Numbered from the stretch's first letter, positions 49,716 through 60,745 are shown. The stretch is 64,000 nucleotides of DNA from an uncultured bacterium (GCA_963845185.1 CAWJRG010000009.1:936315-1000314); one strand, 5' to 3'. Numbers and translations are program-made. Notes: a model not told the origin generated them from the letters alone.

Positions 49716-51413
49716 TTACTTATAGTCCTCTACTTCCAAAACAACGCTTTCTTCATCGTTCCAAACATTTATAGAAGGCGAGAAAACAATATCCAGCACA
49801 TGCCCTTGCTTGATTATTTCTTTGTCTGTTTCCGAATGCCCGAATAAAATAAAATTGTAAAACCTTGCGCCGGCTTTACAGTAAAATTTCAACGTGTTGC
49901 TTTTAAAATATTTTACATCCTCGACCTCGGCGTTTTTTATCAAAAAAAGCGGTTTTGGGTTCCCTTCCCCCCATGGTTCCAGCTTCCCGAGCATTTTTAT
50001 ATCCTTTACTGTTATCGCCTCATTGCCTATTTCCGCGTCAATGAATAGTACCGGTTCAAACTGCTCGATAGTTTTGGTGTTTTTCAGGTGCTCGTTTATG
50101 ATTTGCCTGAAGTGGCCGACATTGTCTTCCAAAAGCGTAACCCCGGCTGCCAGTTTATGCCCCCCAAAACTTTCAATTACTCCCTGAGCCTTTTTTAAGC
50201 TTTCGTAAATATTCACCGAATGGACGCTTCTCGCGCTCCCGCGTACCATGTTTTGTTCGTCTTTTGTAAGTATAAATGCCGGCCTGTTGTATTTTGCCAC
50301 TATTTTGGACGCGACAAGTCCGACAATCCCGGCGTGCCAGTCCTTGTCGTAAAGCACAATTACAAAATCATCCTCGGGTTTGAATTTCCCGTTTAATTTT
50401 TCAATCGCTTCCAGTTCGGTTTTATTCATTAATTTCTTTCTTTCCTCGTTCGCGGCATTCAATTCAGAGGCTATTTTCCCGGCTTTTTCCGGGTCGTTTG
50501 AAATAAACAGCTCCACGGCTTTATTGGCGTGTTCCATCCTGCCGGCCGCGTTAATCCTCGGGCCAAGTATAAACCCGAGGTGGTATGTGTTTATGACGGA
50601 TTTTTCCTTTAATCCGGCGACAGCTTTAAGCGCTGCCAGGCCCGTGTTGCTGGTATTTTGTATTTTTTTTAGCCCTCGCCTTACAAGTATCCTGTTTTCT
50701 TTTGTAAGCGGGACAATATCCGAGACTGTCCCGAGCGCAACAAAATCAAGGAATTCATTTTTAATTTCCAGTTTGTATTTTTCAGCCAAAGCGCAAATCA
50801 ACTTATATGCCACGCCTACTCCGCTCAGGTCCTTATCCGGGTAGCTTTCTGACAGTTTGGGGTTTATTACGGCATATGCATTATCAAGAGTCGCGTCAGG
50901 CATATGGTGGTCGGTTATTATAATATCGATCCCGGCATCCCTGCAAAAATCAACCTCTTTTTTCGCATTAATACCGCAATCGACCGTTATTATAAGCTTT
51001 GCGCCTTTTTCCTTTATCGCTTCAAGGGCGTTTATATTCAGGCCATAACCCTCATCCTGCCTGTGCGGTATGTAATAATCCAGGTTTTTGTAATTAAGGT
51101 ATTTAAAAAAGAAAAGATAAAGCACCACAATGGCCGTCACGCCGTCAACATCATAATCCCCGTAAATGGTTATTTTTTCTTTATTTTTGACTGCCGTTTC
51201 TATTCTTGCCGTGGCTTTGTCCATATCTTCGAATAAACCCGGCGGAAAAAGGGGAACTTCGTCTTCCCTGTAAATTTCCATTGCTTTTTCAAAAGTTGTT
51301 ATTCCCCTGTTGATAAAGGAATTCAGTATATATTCAGGCACATTGAGTTTTTCCTTGAGTTCGCGCCTGAGATTATCTTCCATCTTTATGTTGTCGTAGT
51401 TAAGCCATTTCAT
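49716..51413 (-). CDS. recJ: Single-stranded DNA exonuclease RecJ
   Basis: GDYDVDG, TVDCG, TDHH, PRINAAGR, RGSARS, FGGH..AAG. Confidence 0.97.
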   Translation of the reverse strand: MKWLNYDNIKMEDNLRRELKEKLNVPEYILNSFINRGITTFEKAMEIYREDEVPLFPPGLFEDMDKATARIETAVKNKEKITIYGDYDVDGVTAIVVLYLFFFKYLNYKNLDYYIPHRQDEGYGLNINALEAIKEKGAKLIITVDCGINAKKEVDFCRDAGIDIIITDHHMPDATLDNAYAVINPKLSESYPDKDLSGVGVAYKLICALAEKYKLEIKNEFLDFVALGTVSDIVPLTKENRILVRRGLKKIQNTSNTGLAALKAVAGLKEKSVINTYHLGFILGPRINAAGRMEHANKAVELFISNDPEKAGKIASELNAANEERKKLMNKTELEAIEKLNGKFKPEDDFVIVLYDKDWHAGIVGLVASKIVAKYNRPAFILTKDEQNMVRGSARSVHSVNIYESLKKAQGVIESFGGHKLAAGVTLLEDNVGHFRQIINEHLKNTKTIEQFEPVLFIDAEIGNEAITVKDIKMLGKLEPWGEGNPKPLFLIKNAEVEDVKYFKSNTLKFYCKAGARFYNFILFGHSETDKEIIKQGHVLDIVFSPSINVWNDEESVVLEVEDYK

Positions 51414-51470
51414 GAAAGCCTCTTCATAATTTGTTTTCAGTATAATATTTGGTAAAGCTTTTTATTCAGC

Positions 51471-51536
51471 ATAGAGACGGGGCTCTGTCCCCGTCTCAAA
51501 AAAAGGAAACAGACAGGCGCAGGGGCCTGTCTATAC
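51471..51536. repeat. Pair of REP-like hairpins
   Basis: GAGACGGGG-CTCTGT-CCCCGTCTC (51474-51497) and AGACAGGC-GCAGGG-GCCTGTCT (51511-51532); related to 62217-62241. Confidence 0.7.
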
Positions 51537-51587
51537 GAAAGCCACAAAATCGCCCGCAATAGTATAAATAATTTAAAAATATATCAT

Positions 51588-52460
51588 TCAGGATTCAAAC
51601 AGGTTATCAATGAATTCTTCCGGGTCAAAAACGGCAATATCCTCAAGTTTTTCCCCGTATGTCAGGTATTTTATGGGCAGGCCCAGCTCGGACTTTATTT
51701 TTATTATGCTCCCGCCTTTTGATGTGCTGTCAAACTTGGTCAGTATCACCCCTGCCAGCCCCAGCGTGTCATTGAATTGTTTTGCCTGGGCAAAAGCGTT
51801 CTTGCCTGTATTGCTGTCGATTATTATGTAAATGTCGGTATTTTCCGCAGGTACCTCTTTTAATATCACCCTCTTTATTTTCGCGAGCTCCTCCATCAAA
51901 TTGATTTTGGTATGCAGCCGTCCTGCCGTGTCTATTAAGACCACGTCAACCCCGCTTTTTTTTGCCTTAGCTATAGAGTCAAAAACAACCGAAGCCGGGT
52001 CAGCCCCGTCCATGCCGCTTGCAACTTCCACTCCCAGTTTTTTTCCCCACTGCTCAATCTGCTCTATGGCCGCAGCCCTGAAAGTATCCGCTGCCACGAG
52101 AAGCACTTTTTTTCCCGAGTCTTTGTATAATTTTGCCATTTTGGCGGCCGTTGTGGTTTTTCCGCCGCCGTTAATGCCAATAAGAATAATAACGTATGGC
52201 TTCAAATTTGCTTTTATTGAAAAACTGGCATTTTGAAGCTCGCTTAAAAACTTAATTTTTAAAAAAGATTTTGCTTCTTCAAACGAGCTTATTTTTTTGT
52301 TTTCGAGTTCTTTTATCAGCTCATCGGTTATCCGCACGTCGATATCCGCGCCGATCAAAATTTCTTCTATTGCGGAAAAATCCGCTGTCCCGCCTTTTGA
52401 AAAAATCCCCTTTATTTTGTCAAGAAACGACCTTGGTTTTTCAAGTTTATTTTTTAGCAT
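51588..52460 (-). CDS. ftsY: Signal recognition particle receptor FtsY
   Basis: GINGGGKTTT, DTFRAAA, DTAGR, TKFD, GE; start could be ATG 52460 or TTG 52472. Confidence 0.96.
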   Translation of the reverse strand: MLKNKLEKPRSFLDKIKGIFSKGGTADFSAIEEILIGADIDVRITDELIKELENKKISSFEEAKSFLKIKFLSELQNASFSIKANLKPYVIILIGINGGGKTTTAAKMAKLYKDSGKKVLLVAADTFRAAAIEQIEQWGKKLGVEVASGMDGADPASVVFDSIAKAKKSGVDVVLIDTAGRLHTKINLMEELAKIKRVILKEVPAENTDIYIIIDSNTGKNAFAQAKQFNDTLGLAGVILTKFDSTSKGGSIIKIKSELGLPIKYLTYGEKLEDIAVFDPEEFIDNLFES

Positions 52461-55400
52461 CTTCTTTTTCAAAAAGAGTGTCGAGTTTTACTGACATTAT
52501 TTTAGACACGCCGTTTTTCTCCATTGATACCCCGTACAGGACATTGGCCGTTTCCATTGTGATTTTATTGTGTGAAATAATGAGGAACTGTGTCCTTTCC
52601 CTGAAACTCCGCACCAGGTTCACGAACCTCATAATATTCATGTCGTCAAGCGGCGCGTCTATTTCGTCCATGCAGCAGAAAGGGCTTGTTTTTATCAGGA
52701 ACAGGGCAAAAAGCAGGGATATTGCCGTTATTGCCTTTTCCCCGCCGGACATCAGCGATATGTTCTGCAGTTTTTTGCCCGGCGGCCTTGCTATGATGTC
52801 TATCCCGGACTCCAGTATATTTTCCCTGTCCAGGAGCAGCAAGTCAGCCTCGCCGCCGTTCATCATTTTCTGGAATACGTCCGCGAACTTTTTTCTCACT
52901 TCCTCGAATGCTTTTTCAAAAAGTTCCTTTGACTCGTCGTTTGTTTTCTTTATGACTTTTTTCAGGTTCTCGCGCGCGTTAAAAAGGTCGTCGTACTGCG
53001 CCTGGAGAAAGTCGTTCCTCTTCTGCAGTTCGCTGTATTCCTCTATGGCCACAAGATTGATGACGCCGAGGCTCTCCATCCTTTCCCTGGAATCCGTTAT
53101 TTTTAAATTTAATTCCCTGTACTCCTCTTCCGCAAGTTCAAATGATTCCAGGGCCGCCTCGTCCGGGGCGACTTTAAGCTCTTCGTCAAGCTTCGAATAT
53201 AAAGCCTTGATTTCAAGCGAAAGCTCGTTTATTTTAAGCTTGATTTCATACTGTTTTTCTTTCAGGATTTCAGTGCCTTTATTTATCAGTTTGATTCCCT
53301 GTTCTATTTTTTCCATTTCGGCTTTTAACGCTTCAAGCTCGGTCTTTTTCACGTTCCATTCGTTTTCATCCGCCGACAAAGTGCTCCGGAGCTCCTGAAT
53401 CTTGGTTTCGTTTGCCTGTTTTTCCTCGCCTGCCTGTGTTATTTTAAGGTTTATCTCCTCTATTTCCCTTGCCGTGCTGTTATAAGCCGCGTCAAGCTCC
53501 TCGAGCCTTTTCCCCAGCATAGAAAGGTTGTTTGACTCCAGCTCAAAGTCACCCTTGGCTTTTGTTGATTCCACTTTTGCGTCTTCGATAATATTCTTTC
53601 TTGACGCCAGTTCTTCTTCCTTGCCCTGCAGTCCGGCTGTGACATTTGCGATTTCAGCCTTCATTTTTTCCGTTTCATCCTGCATTTTCTGTATTTCCCT
53701 TGCAACCGATTCTTTCCTTGCCTTGCTGCTGCCTTTGTCGGATTCCAGGGATGTTATGGCTGCGGCCAGTTTTGCCGTTTCTTCCTCGGATATTTTTTTA
53801 TCCTCTTCTTTTTGCCTGCTCCGCTCCGCGTCTTTTATTACCTCGATATACTGGCTGTGGTAAAGCCGCGACAGCTCTTCTATTTCCGTCTCCATGTTCT
53901 CTATTTCTTTTTCGCGGGACTTTTTATCGGTTTCAAGCGAAGATAATTTTTCCTTGAGCAGCACGATTTCACTGCTTATTTCATTCATTTCCCTTTCCCT
54001 GCTTAAAAAACCCGTCCCCAGCCCGTCAGCGCCTTCCCCCCTCCTGTATGTATTAAAATTGGATATCAGTTCCCCTGACAGGGTTAAAAGGAAATATTCC
54101 TCGTCTTTTTTTACGTCCATAAGCACTTTTTGGGCCTTTTCCATGCCGTCAACAATGTATATATTGTAAAAAAGCACTTTGATTATTGCGTTTTGCTGCT
54201 CGACTTTCAGTATATCGGGCAGGTAAGCCATGATATCCGGATGTTTTATATAATCCTTCCATTTTGCAAGTATATTTTCAAAGTCAACCTTCGGGTTCTC
54301 GGCGCTCAAAAATCCGACTTCGCCTTTTTCGCTCTCATAAATCCTGAAAATTTCCTTTATGTGGCTTTCCTTGCGCACAAGCAATGTCTTTAAAATATGC
54401 GCCAGGGTCTTTTCAATGGCTGTTTCATACGGCTTCTCAACCGAAAGCAGGTTCCCTATCACGTCGACTATATCCTGCCTGTCTTCAACCGCAAGGGTTT
54501 TCCTGTATTGCGTCAGTATCTTTCTTATTATTTCACCGTAACCTTCGAACCTCTGCTTCATTTCCTTTAAAAGGTTGAGCCTTGATTCAGCTTTGCCCGT
54601 GTTTACAGTAACTTCCCTCAATTCGTCGTTTACGGCCTCGAGCGCTTCTTTCCTGCTGATTTTGTCCTTTATGAGGAATTCCTCTTTTGATTTTATGCTG
54701 TTTATCTCTTCTTCTTTCAGCACCTTGTTTTTCGACATCAAATCAAGGTCGAGGCCTAGCTTCCTGGCCTTTTCCTCAAAAGCTTTTTTCCCCTCGGTAT
54801 TTTTCAATATCTGGCCGTCTATATTTTCAATCCTTAAATCTTCCTCGATTATTTTGTTGTTCAGCGCGTTTATTTCCTGGTTCAGTTTTTCAAGTATAAG
54901 CTTTTTCTCTTCAAGCTCGCTTTTTATCGCGTCCTGCTCCAGGAGCACGGAATTGTATTTTTCCAGGATGTTTTCAAGCTCCTTTTCCCCTTCTGAAATT
55001 GCTTTTTCCCTGTCTTTTAATGCAGTCTCTTTGCTCTCCATGTCGATTTTGATGCCCTGTACTTTTCCGACGTTCTCAATGTTCTCGTTTTTCAGGTTTT
55101 CCGACCGCTGGCCCAGCTCGACTGTTTTTTCCGAAAGGTACCCGAGGTTGTCTTCCAGCCTTTTTATTTCCTGCTCCTTAAGCAGGAATTTTTCGCGTTT
55201 TTCATTTATTTCACGCTCCAGGTCCGCGCTTTTTTGTTTCATTTCCGCGTAAAGCGCGTCGTTCTTGTTTATGCCCGAGCTTTCCTCCTGTATCTGCTTT
55301 TCAATGTCGTCGTTTGCGGCCGAGTATTTTTTGTATTCGTTGTTCATGTTTTTTATGTCCCGCATGTATACCTTTGTAAGCATGCCGTTCAGTTCTTCCC

Positions 55401-56055
55401 TCAGCACTTTGTACTTTTCCGCTTTCTTGGCCTGCTTTTCCAGGCTGCCCATCTGCCTCTTTACCTCGGAAAGTATGTCGTTTATCCTTACCATGTTCTG
55501 CTCGGTGCTCTCAAGCCGGCGGAGCGCCTCGTCCCTTTTTGTTATGTATTTGGTTATTCCGGCTGCCTCCTCAAATATCTCGCGCCGCTCTATCGCCTTT
55601 GCGTTTATTATCCTGTCAACTTCCCCCTGGCCTATTATTGAATACGAGTCAATGCCAAGCCCTGTGCCCATGAGCATTTCAGATATGTCCTTGAGCCTTA
55701 CCTGGTTATCGTTGATGAAATATTCGCTTTCCCCCGACCTGTAAAGCCGCCTTGTGAATTTTATTTCATTATATGGTATGGCCATCCTCTTATCGTCATT
55801 ATCAAGCACAAGGGAAACTTCGGCAATGCCGAGCGTTTTCCGGGTATCGGAGCCGGCGAAAATGACGTCTTCCATTTTCCCGCCGCGGAGGCTCTTTGCG
55901 CTCTGCTCTCCCAGCACCCACCTTATGCCGTCCATGATATTGCTTTTGCCCGACCCGTTTGGCCCGACTATTATGGTTATGCCCTTGTTGAATTCAAGCG
56001 TGGTTTTGTCGGCAAATGACTTAAAGCCGAACATTTGGACTTCTTTTAATTTCAA
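52447..56055 (-). CDS. smc: Chromosome segregation protein SMC
   Basis: GFKSF, GPNGSGKSN, coiled coils and hinge, MSGGEK, DEIDAPLD; start TTG 56055 behind AAGGAG. Confidence 0.97.
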   Translation of the reverse strand: MKLKEVQMFGFKSFADKTTLEFNKGITIIVGPNGSGKSNIMDGIRWVLGEQSAKSLRGGKMEDVIFAGSDTRKTLGIAEVSLVLDNDDKRMAIPYNEIKFTRRLYRSGESEYFINDNQVRLKDISEMLMGTGLGIDSYSIIGQGEVDRIINAKAIERREIFEEAAGITKYITKRDEALRRLESTEQNMVRINDILSEVKRQMGSLEKQAKKAEKYKVLREELNGMLTKVYMRDIKNMNNEYKKYSAANDDIEKQIQEESSGINKNDALYAEMKQKSADLEREINEKREKFLLKEQEIKRLEDNLGYLSEKTVELGQRSENLKNENIENVGKVQGIKIDMESKETALKDREKAISEGEKELENILEKYNSVLLEQDAIKSELEEKKLILEKLNQEINALNNKIIEEDLRIENIDGQILKNTEGKKAFEEKARKLGLDLDLMSKNKVLKEEEINSIKSKEEFLIKDKISRKEALEAVNDELREVTVNTGKAESRLNLLKEMKQRFEGYGEIIRKILTQYRKTLAVEDRQDIVDVIGNLLSVEKPYETAIEKTLAHILKTLLVRKESHIKEIFRIYESEKGEVGFLSAENPKVDFENILAKWKDYIKHPDIMAYLPDILKVEQQNAIIKVLFYNIYIVDGMEKAQKVLMDVKKDEEYFLLTLSGELISNFNTYRRGEGADGLGTGFLSREREMNEISSEIVLLKEKLSSLETDKKSREKEIENMETEIEELSRLYHSQYIEVIKDAERSRQKEEDKKISEEETAKLAAAITSLESDKGSSKARKESVAREIQKMQDETEKMKAEIANVTAGLQGKEEELASRKNIIEDAKVESTKAKGDFELESNNLSMLGKRLEELDAAYNSTAREIEEINLKITQAGEEKQANETKIQELRSTLSADENEWNVKKTELEALKAEMEKIEQGIKLINKGTEILKEKQYEIKLKINELSLEIKALYSKLDEELKVAPDEAALESFELAEEEYRELNLKITDSRERMESLGVINLVAIEEYSELQKRNDFLQAQYDDLFNARENLKKVIKKTNDESKELFEKAFEEVRKKFADVFQKMMNGGEADLLLLDRENILESGIDIIARPPGKKLQNISLMSGGEKAITAISLLFALFLIKTSPFCCMDEIDAPLDDMNIMRFVNLVRSFRERTQFLIISHNKITMETANVLYGVSMEKNGVSKIMSVKLDTLFEKEDAKK

Positions 56056-56080
56056 GTTCCGTGTCTCCTTGTTAATTATT

Positions 56081-56222
56081 GTGTCATTGCGAGTAGCAAA
56101 GCGCCGAAGCAATCTCGTTTTTGTCTTTGAGTTATTTAATTATCAATTAAAATCCGTGATACGTCAATTGAAAATTATTAGTTCTTGTTTTCTACCCCCT
56201 TTAACAAAGGGGGCAAGGGGGT
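56081..56222. repeat. Half copy of the MITE-borne palindrome plus a CCCCCTTT/AAAGGGGG hairpin
   Basis: 56081-56116 matches the reverse complement of 213-248 at 32/36 positions; CCCCCTTT-AAC-AAAGGGGG at 56195-56213. Confidence 0.75.
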
Positions 56223-56262
56223 TTTATTCCAAATCATCTTTCATTGAATTACCTCCGACTTC

Positions 56263-57434
56263 CAGACTGTGTCATAATGTTTTTGTAGTCTGAAACGATA
56301 TTTGACAGATAAAAAATGGTATAATGTCTCCAGAAAACACATCAGAAAAGGAGACAAAAATGGCATACCGATATGGAGACCGAAGTCAGTTGACAATGTT
56401 TCCGCAGAGCATAGAAGAATATGTAGGGGAAGATGATCCTGTAAGGGCGTACGACGCGTTCGTAAAGGCGTTGAAAATGGAAGAACTTGGGATAGTAATA
56501 GATGAAACGCAAATGGGAAATTCGGAATACGACCCTGAGGCTATGATAAAATTGCTGGTATACGGATATTCATACGCGGAAGGAATGCGTGAAAGTAAAA
56601 GGGCGTCAGGGAACGCATGCGGGATATAACGGGCAGATAGTGGTAGATGAAAGACACGGACTGATAGTGCATAGCGACGTAGTAAACGAAAGCAATGACC
56701 GCAAGCAATTCGGGAGTCAGATTGAAGAAGCGGCGAAAACAGTTGAAAACAAATGCAAAAATGCGTGTGGGGATGCCGGATATGCCAGCATAGAAGAAAT
56801 GAAAAAGATACACGACAAAGACATAAATGTAATAGTACCTTCTCAGGAACAGGTAGAGAAAAAAGACATCGGGCCGTTTGGGAAAGATAAATTCCAATAC
56901 GATTCAGAGAAAGATACCTACACTTGTCCCGAAGGACAGATATTGACATGGCATAGTTTTGATAAAAAAAAGAATCTTGAAGTATATAGGTCTACTGAAG
57001 AAAAGGCTTGTATAGAATGTAAAAACTTTGGAGTATGCACCCGGTCTCCGAAGGGCAGAATGATAAAGAGGCTAAAAAACGAAGAACTAAAAATATTGCT
57101 TGAAGAAAAATATAAAACAAAAGAATCGCAGGATATTTTCAAGTTGAGAAAAGAGAAAGCAGAGTTGCCGTTCGGACATATTAAAAGAAATCTTGGAGTA
57201 AGCGGGTTTCTGCTGCGAGGGCTTGAAGGAGCAAGAGCTGAGATGGCGTTGTTCACAAGTTGTTTCAATATGGCTCGAATGATAAGCATTGTAGGTGTCA
57301 GGGAGTTGATTGCGCAGCTTGGATAGCAAGAAACATCGGGCCACGCAGGTTTTTTGTATAAAACAGGATATTTTGTAGATTTTTTAATTTACCTACGGCA
57401 ATCAGCTGTGGACGGAGACTTATGACACAGTCTG
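56263..57434 (+). mobile_element. Internally deleted IS1182-family insertion sequence
   Basis: Perfect 15-bp IRs CAGACTGTGTCATAA (56263-56277) and TTATGACACAGTCTG (57420-57434); encloses transposase remnants. Confidence 0.88.
56360..57326 (+). pseudogene. IS1182-family transposase remnant
   Basis: DUF772-like N-terminus (DDPVR...YDPEAMIKLLVYGYS) joined out of frame near 56575 to GYNGQ...DAGY...FQYD...YTCPEG...R...ELPFG..K; central region missing. Confidence 0.85.
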
Positions 57435-57471
57435 TAAAGTCGGTGGATTCGCTAGGATTGAAAATTGAAAA

Positions 57472-58296
57472 TTATTTAATTGTTTTTATCGCCTTTTCAA
57501 CTTTGTCCTTATTTTCTCCCAGTTCCTCTGCCTTTTTCAAATCACGAATTGCATCTTTCTTGTCGCCTAATTTGTTTTCAGCAAGCCCGCGGTTGTAATA
57601 AGCATCCATAAACTTCGGGTCAATCCCTATTGTTTTTGTGTAATCCCTGATTGCTCCCTTATAGTCGCCTAAAACAGCTTTGGTCCACCCGCGGCCGTAA
57701 TAAGACAAGGCATTCCGCGGGTCAAGCGCTATTGCCCTGCTATAATCCTTTATTGTGCCTTTATAGTCGCCAAGGGCGTATCTGGACATGGCCCGGCCCG
57801 CGTAACCATCCGCAAACTTCGGGTCAGATTTGATTACCCTGTCAAAATCCTTAATCGCTTCCTTATGCCTGCCCAGGCCGTCTTTTGCGCTTCCCAACCA
57901 GTAATAAGCCTTCTTGAGGCTGGAGTCAAGCTCCAGCGCAGAATCAAGGTCGATGATTGCGTCATCATAGTATTTTAAAATGGCTTCTGCAACCCCGCGT
58001 TTGTAATAAGCGTCTGTATAATCCGGGTTGAGCTTTAATGTTGAATTAAAATCCCTGATTGCTTCGCTGAATTTACGGGAATCCGCCTCTGCTGCGCCCT
58101 TGTTGTAATAAGCTTTTGCGTCCCCCGGGTTAAGCTCGAGCGCTTTTGTGAAGTCTTTTATTGCGGCTTCAAAGTCGCCGGAAGCTTCTTTTGATATGCC
58201 GGATGCAAGGTATTTTTCTTCATGGGGATTATTGCCGGAATAAGCAAAAATAGCAAAACAAAATAAAAAGATTATAATAGATAAAAATTTTCTCAT
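57472..58296 (-). CDS. Secreted TPR repeat protein
   Basis: Signal peptide; repeated AYY.RG.A...LG.Y..AI.D..KAI.L.P. Confidence 0.92.
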   Translation of the reverse strand: MRKFLSIIIFLFCFAIFAYSGNNPHEEKYLASGISKEASGDFEAAIKDFTKALELNPGDAKAYYNKGAAEADSRKFSEAIRDFNSTLKLNPDYTDAYYKRGVAEAILKYYDDAIIDLDSALELDSSLKKAYYWLGSAKDGLGRHKEAIKDFDRVIKSDPKFADGYAGRAMSRYALGDYKGTIKDYSRAIALDPRNALSYYGRGWTKAVLGDYKGAIRDYTKTIGIDPKFMDAYYNRGLAENKLGDKKDAIRDLKKAEELGENKDKVEKAIKTIK

Positions 58297-58715
58297 GTAT
58301 TACTTTCCTTTAATTTCCTTAATTGCTTCATAAGCATTGCCGTCTCCCAATTCCCCTGCTTTGTTTAAGTCTTTAATTGCCCCTTTTTTATCTTTTAAAC
58401 CGGCTTTATCGGTCCCGCGAATGTAATAAGCCACCGCATACTTCGGGTTAATCTTTATAGCCATACTGCAGTCTTTAATCGCGTCCTTGTAGTTGCCCAA
58501 GCCCCCTTCAGCAGCCCCGCGGTTGCAATAAGCCTCCGCGTACTTTGGGTTAAGCTTTATTGCTATGCTGTAATCATCAATTGCGCCTTGCGTATCGCCT
58601 GATTCATATTTAGCAAGCCCGCGGTTGTTATAAGTCTTTGCATACTTCGGGTTAAGTTTTATTGCCTTATTGTAATTTTCAATTGCGCCCTGTTTATCGC
58701 CTAAATCATATTTAG

Positions 58716-60392
58716 CTGGTATCCGTCATATCAAAATCAACCAGCCTATTTTCATCATTAATTTTACTCCAAATGATGTCAAAATCAAGAGAAATGTTTT
58801 TATTCTGTTGGTTCAATGAAATATTTTCCTCCAAACTATACCGATTACCCGATTTTTCGGTCTAATCTTTCCCAATTCCATATTTTTAGACAAGCCTGTC
58901 CAATCATTTTTGTTTGCTCCTCTATAAATATGTTACATGTTACCAAGCCAATTCTATCAGCCGCTTGCCGGGCGTAATTTCCGAATATTATGCATTAAAC
59001 CGGAAAATATCTTTGCTGTAATAGAAACCTCGGCCAATAACAACCAGTAATACCTGGCATGTTTTATTAATCTGCCACCTATTTTTATCAACTTTAACTG
59101 TATCGTTTTTAACGACCAGTGTTTTATCTTCTTTGGTAAAACCAGGTCCGTAAGAAATTTCCTGAATTATATGCCAAAATAAATAATTTCAATCTCGCTT
59201 CATTCTCCTTAAATCTCTTGCAGGATAGCTTCGTCCAATTCAGCGTGTGTTTTCCCTCCTTGATCCATTGTTCGCAAGTACCACGTTTGTTATAAAATTT
59301 TACTGCTTTTTTATCGAGCCAGTTTAAACTTGTTATAATAAATCCCACCCGCGGAAACAATTCGCCATGGTGATATTCTATTTTTGCAATCACTCTTCTT
59401 TTTTTATTCCACGACTTGGCTCGATACATAAAATCTTTATACAGCGTGATGAACTTTTTGTCGGTTTTTTTGACGGGCTTTTTCAGTAAGCCGGATATCT
59501 CTTCTGCAAGGCAATTATTCTCTCTTAGCCTAATGACGTATTCTACGCCAAGTTCTTCGCAGAGTTCATATAATTCCGGTATCCCAAAAGCCGCGTCTGC
59601 ACGGAAGGTGACTTTAAACCCTTTGCTGATATAATTTCTTAAAACGGGTTCGATAAACTCCAACCACGCATCGGCGCTATGGACATTACCCGGTCTTAAT
59701 TTTGCCTTAAGACAATCTCCAAATTGATTGAAACAGAAAAGGGGGTGATAACATTTTGATCCGAAATAACCGTTATAAGCGCTTCCTTCCTGTTCACCAT
59801 ATACCGGGCTTTCGGACGAATCCAAATCAAGCACTATTTTTTTAACGCCCCTAATCTTATCCGCTTTGCCTATCCAATTCATTAACATCTCATCGAGTTT
59901 TTCCAGGTTATTTCCTTCGGTGAGTATTTCTGTTTCGAATTTTCCAACAGTGGCCTCACTGCTGCCATTTCTCTGTAATGCCCGGTCACCAAGTACTGCC
60001 CTTAAAGAAGGGTCGTTCCTTAGTTGCTTGGCATCATTTACATCTTCGTAGCCCGCCAAACGGCTATATATGGATTGTCGTAAAAGTTCGGTTAAGTCAT
60101 GTTGAATATTTCTTCCGTTTCTTTTATCAGTCAGGTGTTTTTCAGCCAAAATAGTCAGACCCATTTTTTCATCAAGTTCTCGAATAGCAATTAATCCACC
60201 GTCCGACGTAATTTCAGAACCCTTAAAATATGCTTTTACTTTGTCAGTAAAACTGAATTTAAAACAGTGTTTTTTCGCTTCACCCATTAGGTGTCCTCCT
60301 TTTTACAGCTCAAAAACTTTTATTTACCTTATTATATAATACTTTTAGCCCTTTTTCATTCTCTTTTATGAATTTGATATAACGGATGCGGG
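58716..60392 (-). mobile_element. IS1380-family insertion sequence, 1677 bp, 5-bp target duplication TTTAG
   Basis: Imperfect IRs CCCGCATCCGTTATATCAAATTCA / CTGGTATCCGTCATATCAAAATCA (19/24); TTTAG at 58711-58715 and 60393-60397. Confidence 0.93.
58957..60287 (-). pseudogene. IS1380-family DDE transposase with a frameshift near the C-terminus
   Basis: TSDGG, GYED.ND, DLDS, RADAAF, YNKRG.CEQWIKEGK; one extra base near 59145 continues LVLPKKIKHWSLKTIQLKLIKIGGRL..HARY to stop at 58957. Confidence 0.88.
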
Positions 60393-60745
60393 TTTAGCAA
60401 GCCCTCGGCTGTAATAAGCCGCAGCAAGCTTCGGGTTATGCTCTATCGCCTTGCTGCAATCTTCGATTGCACCTGTGTAGTCGCCCAATTCAACCTTCGC
60501 AATCCCCGCAGCTAAATATTTTTCCGCTCCTTTATTGTCAGGATAAGCAAAAATACTGAAACAAAATATAAAAATTATTATAGGTAAAAATTTTTTCATG
60601 TTTCACTCCATTTCCATTTTGCATTTGGCATTTGAATCCCAAATTGTTAAATACCATTGTACCCGCTCCAGTCCGAGACCGCAGGCCAAGGACAAGCGGT
60701 ATCCATTTCAATTCGGCATTTGAGAACAGACTTTAAGACAGCGTT

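Larger units (their letters stand above)
58300..60599 (-). pseudogene. Secreted TPR protein gene interrupted by IS1380 element
   Basis: Removing 58716-60392 and one TTTAG copy restores a 618-nt ORF reading ...YYSRGLAK/YDLGDKQGAIENYNKAI...; paralog of 57472-58296. Confidence 0.92.

Noticed and set aside
52271..53398. Long plus-strand ORFs opposite smc (similarly opposite ftsH, ROK, MFS, GH116 and the repeat protein)
   Set aside because: Antisense shadows of well-supported genes with no recognisable motifs or RBS.
56056..56112. N-terminal extension of SMC (MLRRFATRND...)
   Set aside because: It derives from the palindromic repeat; a Shine-Dalgarno site supports the TTG start at 56055.
56303..56326. 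TTGACA/TATAAT promoter inside the IS1182 left end
   Set aside because: The spacer is only 12 nt; the extended -10 may work alone but a paired promoter is not supported.
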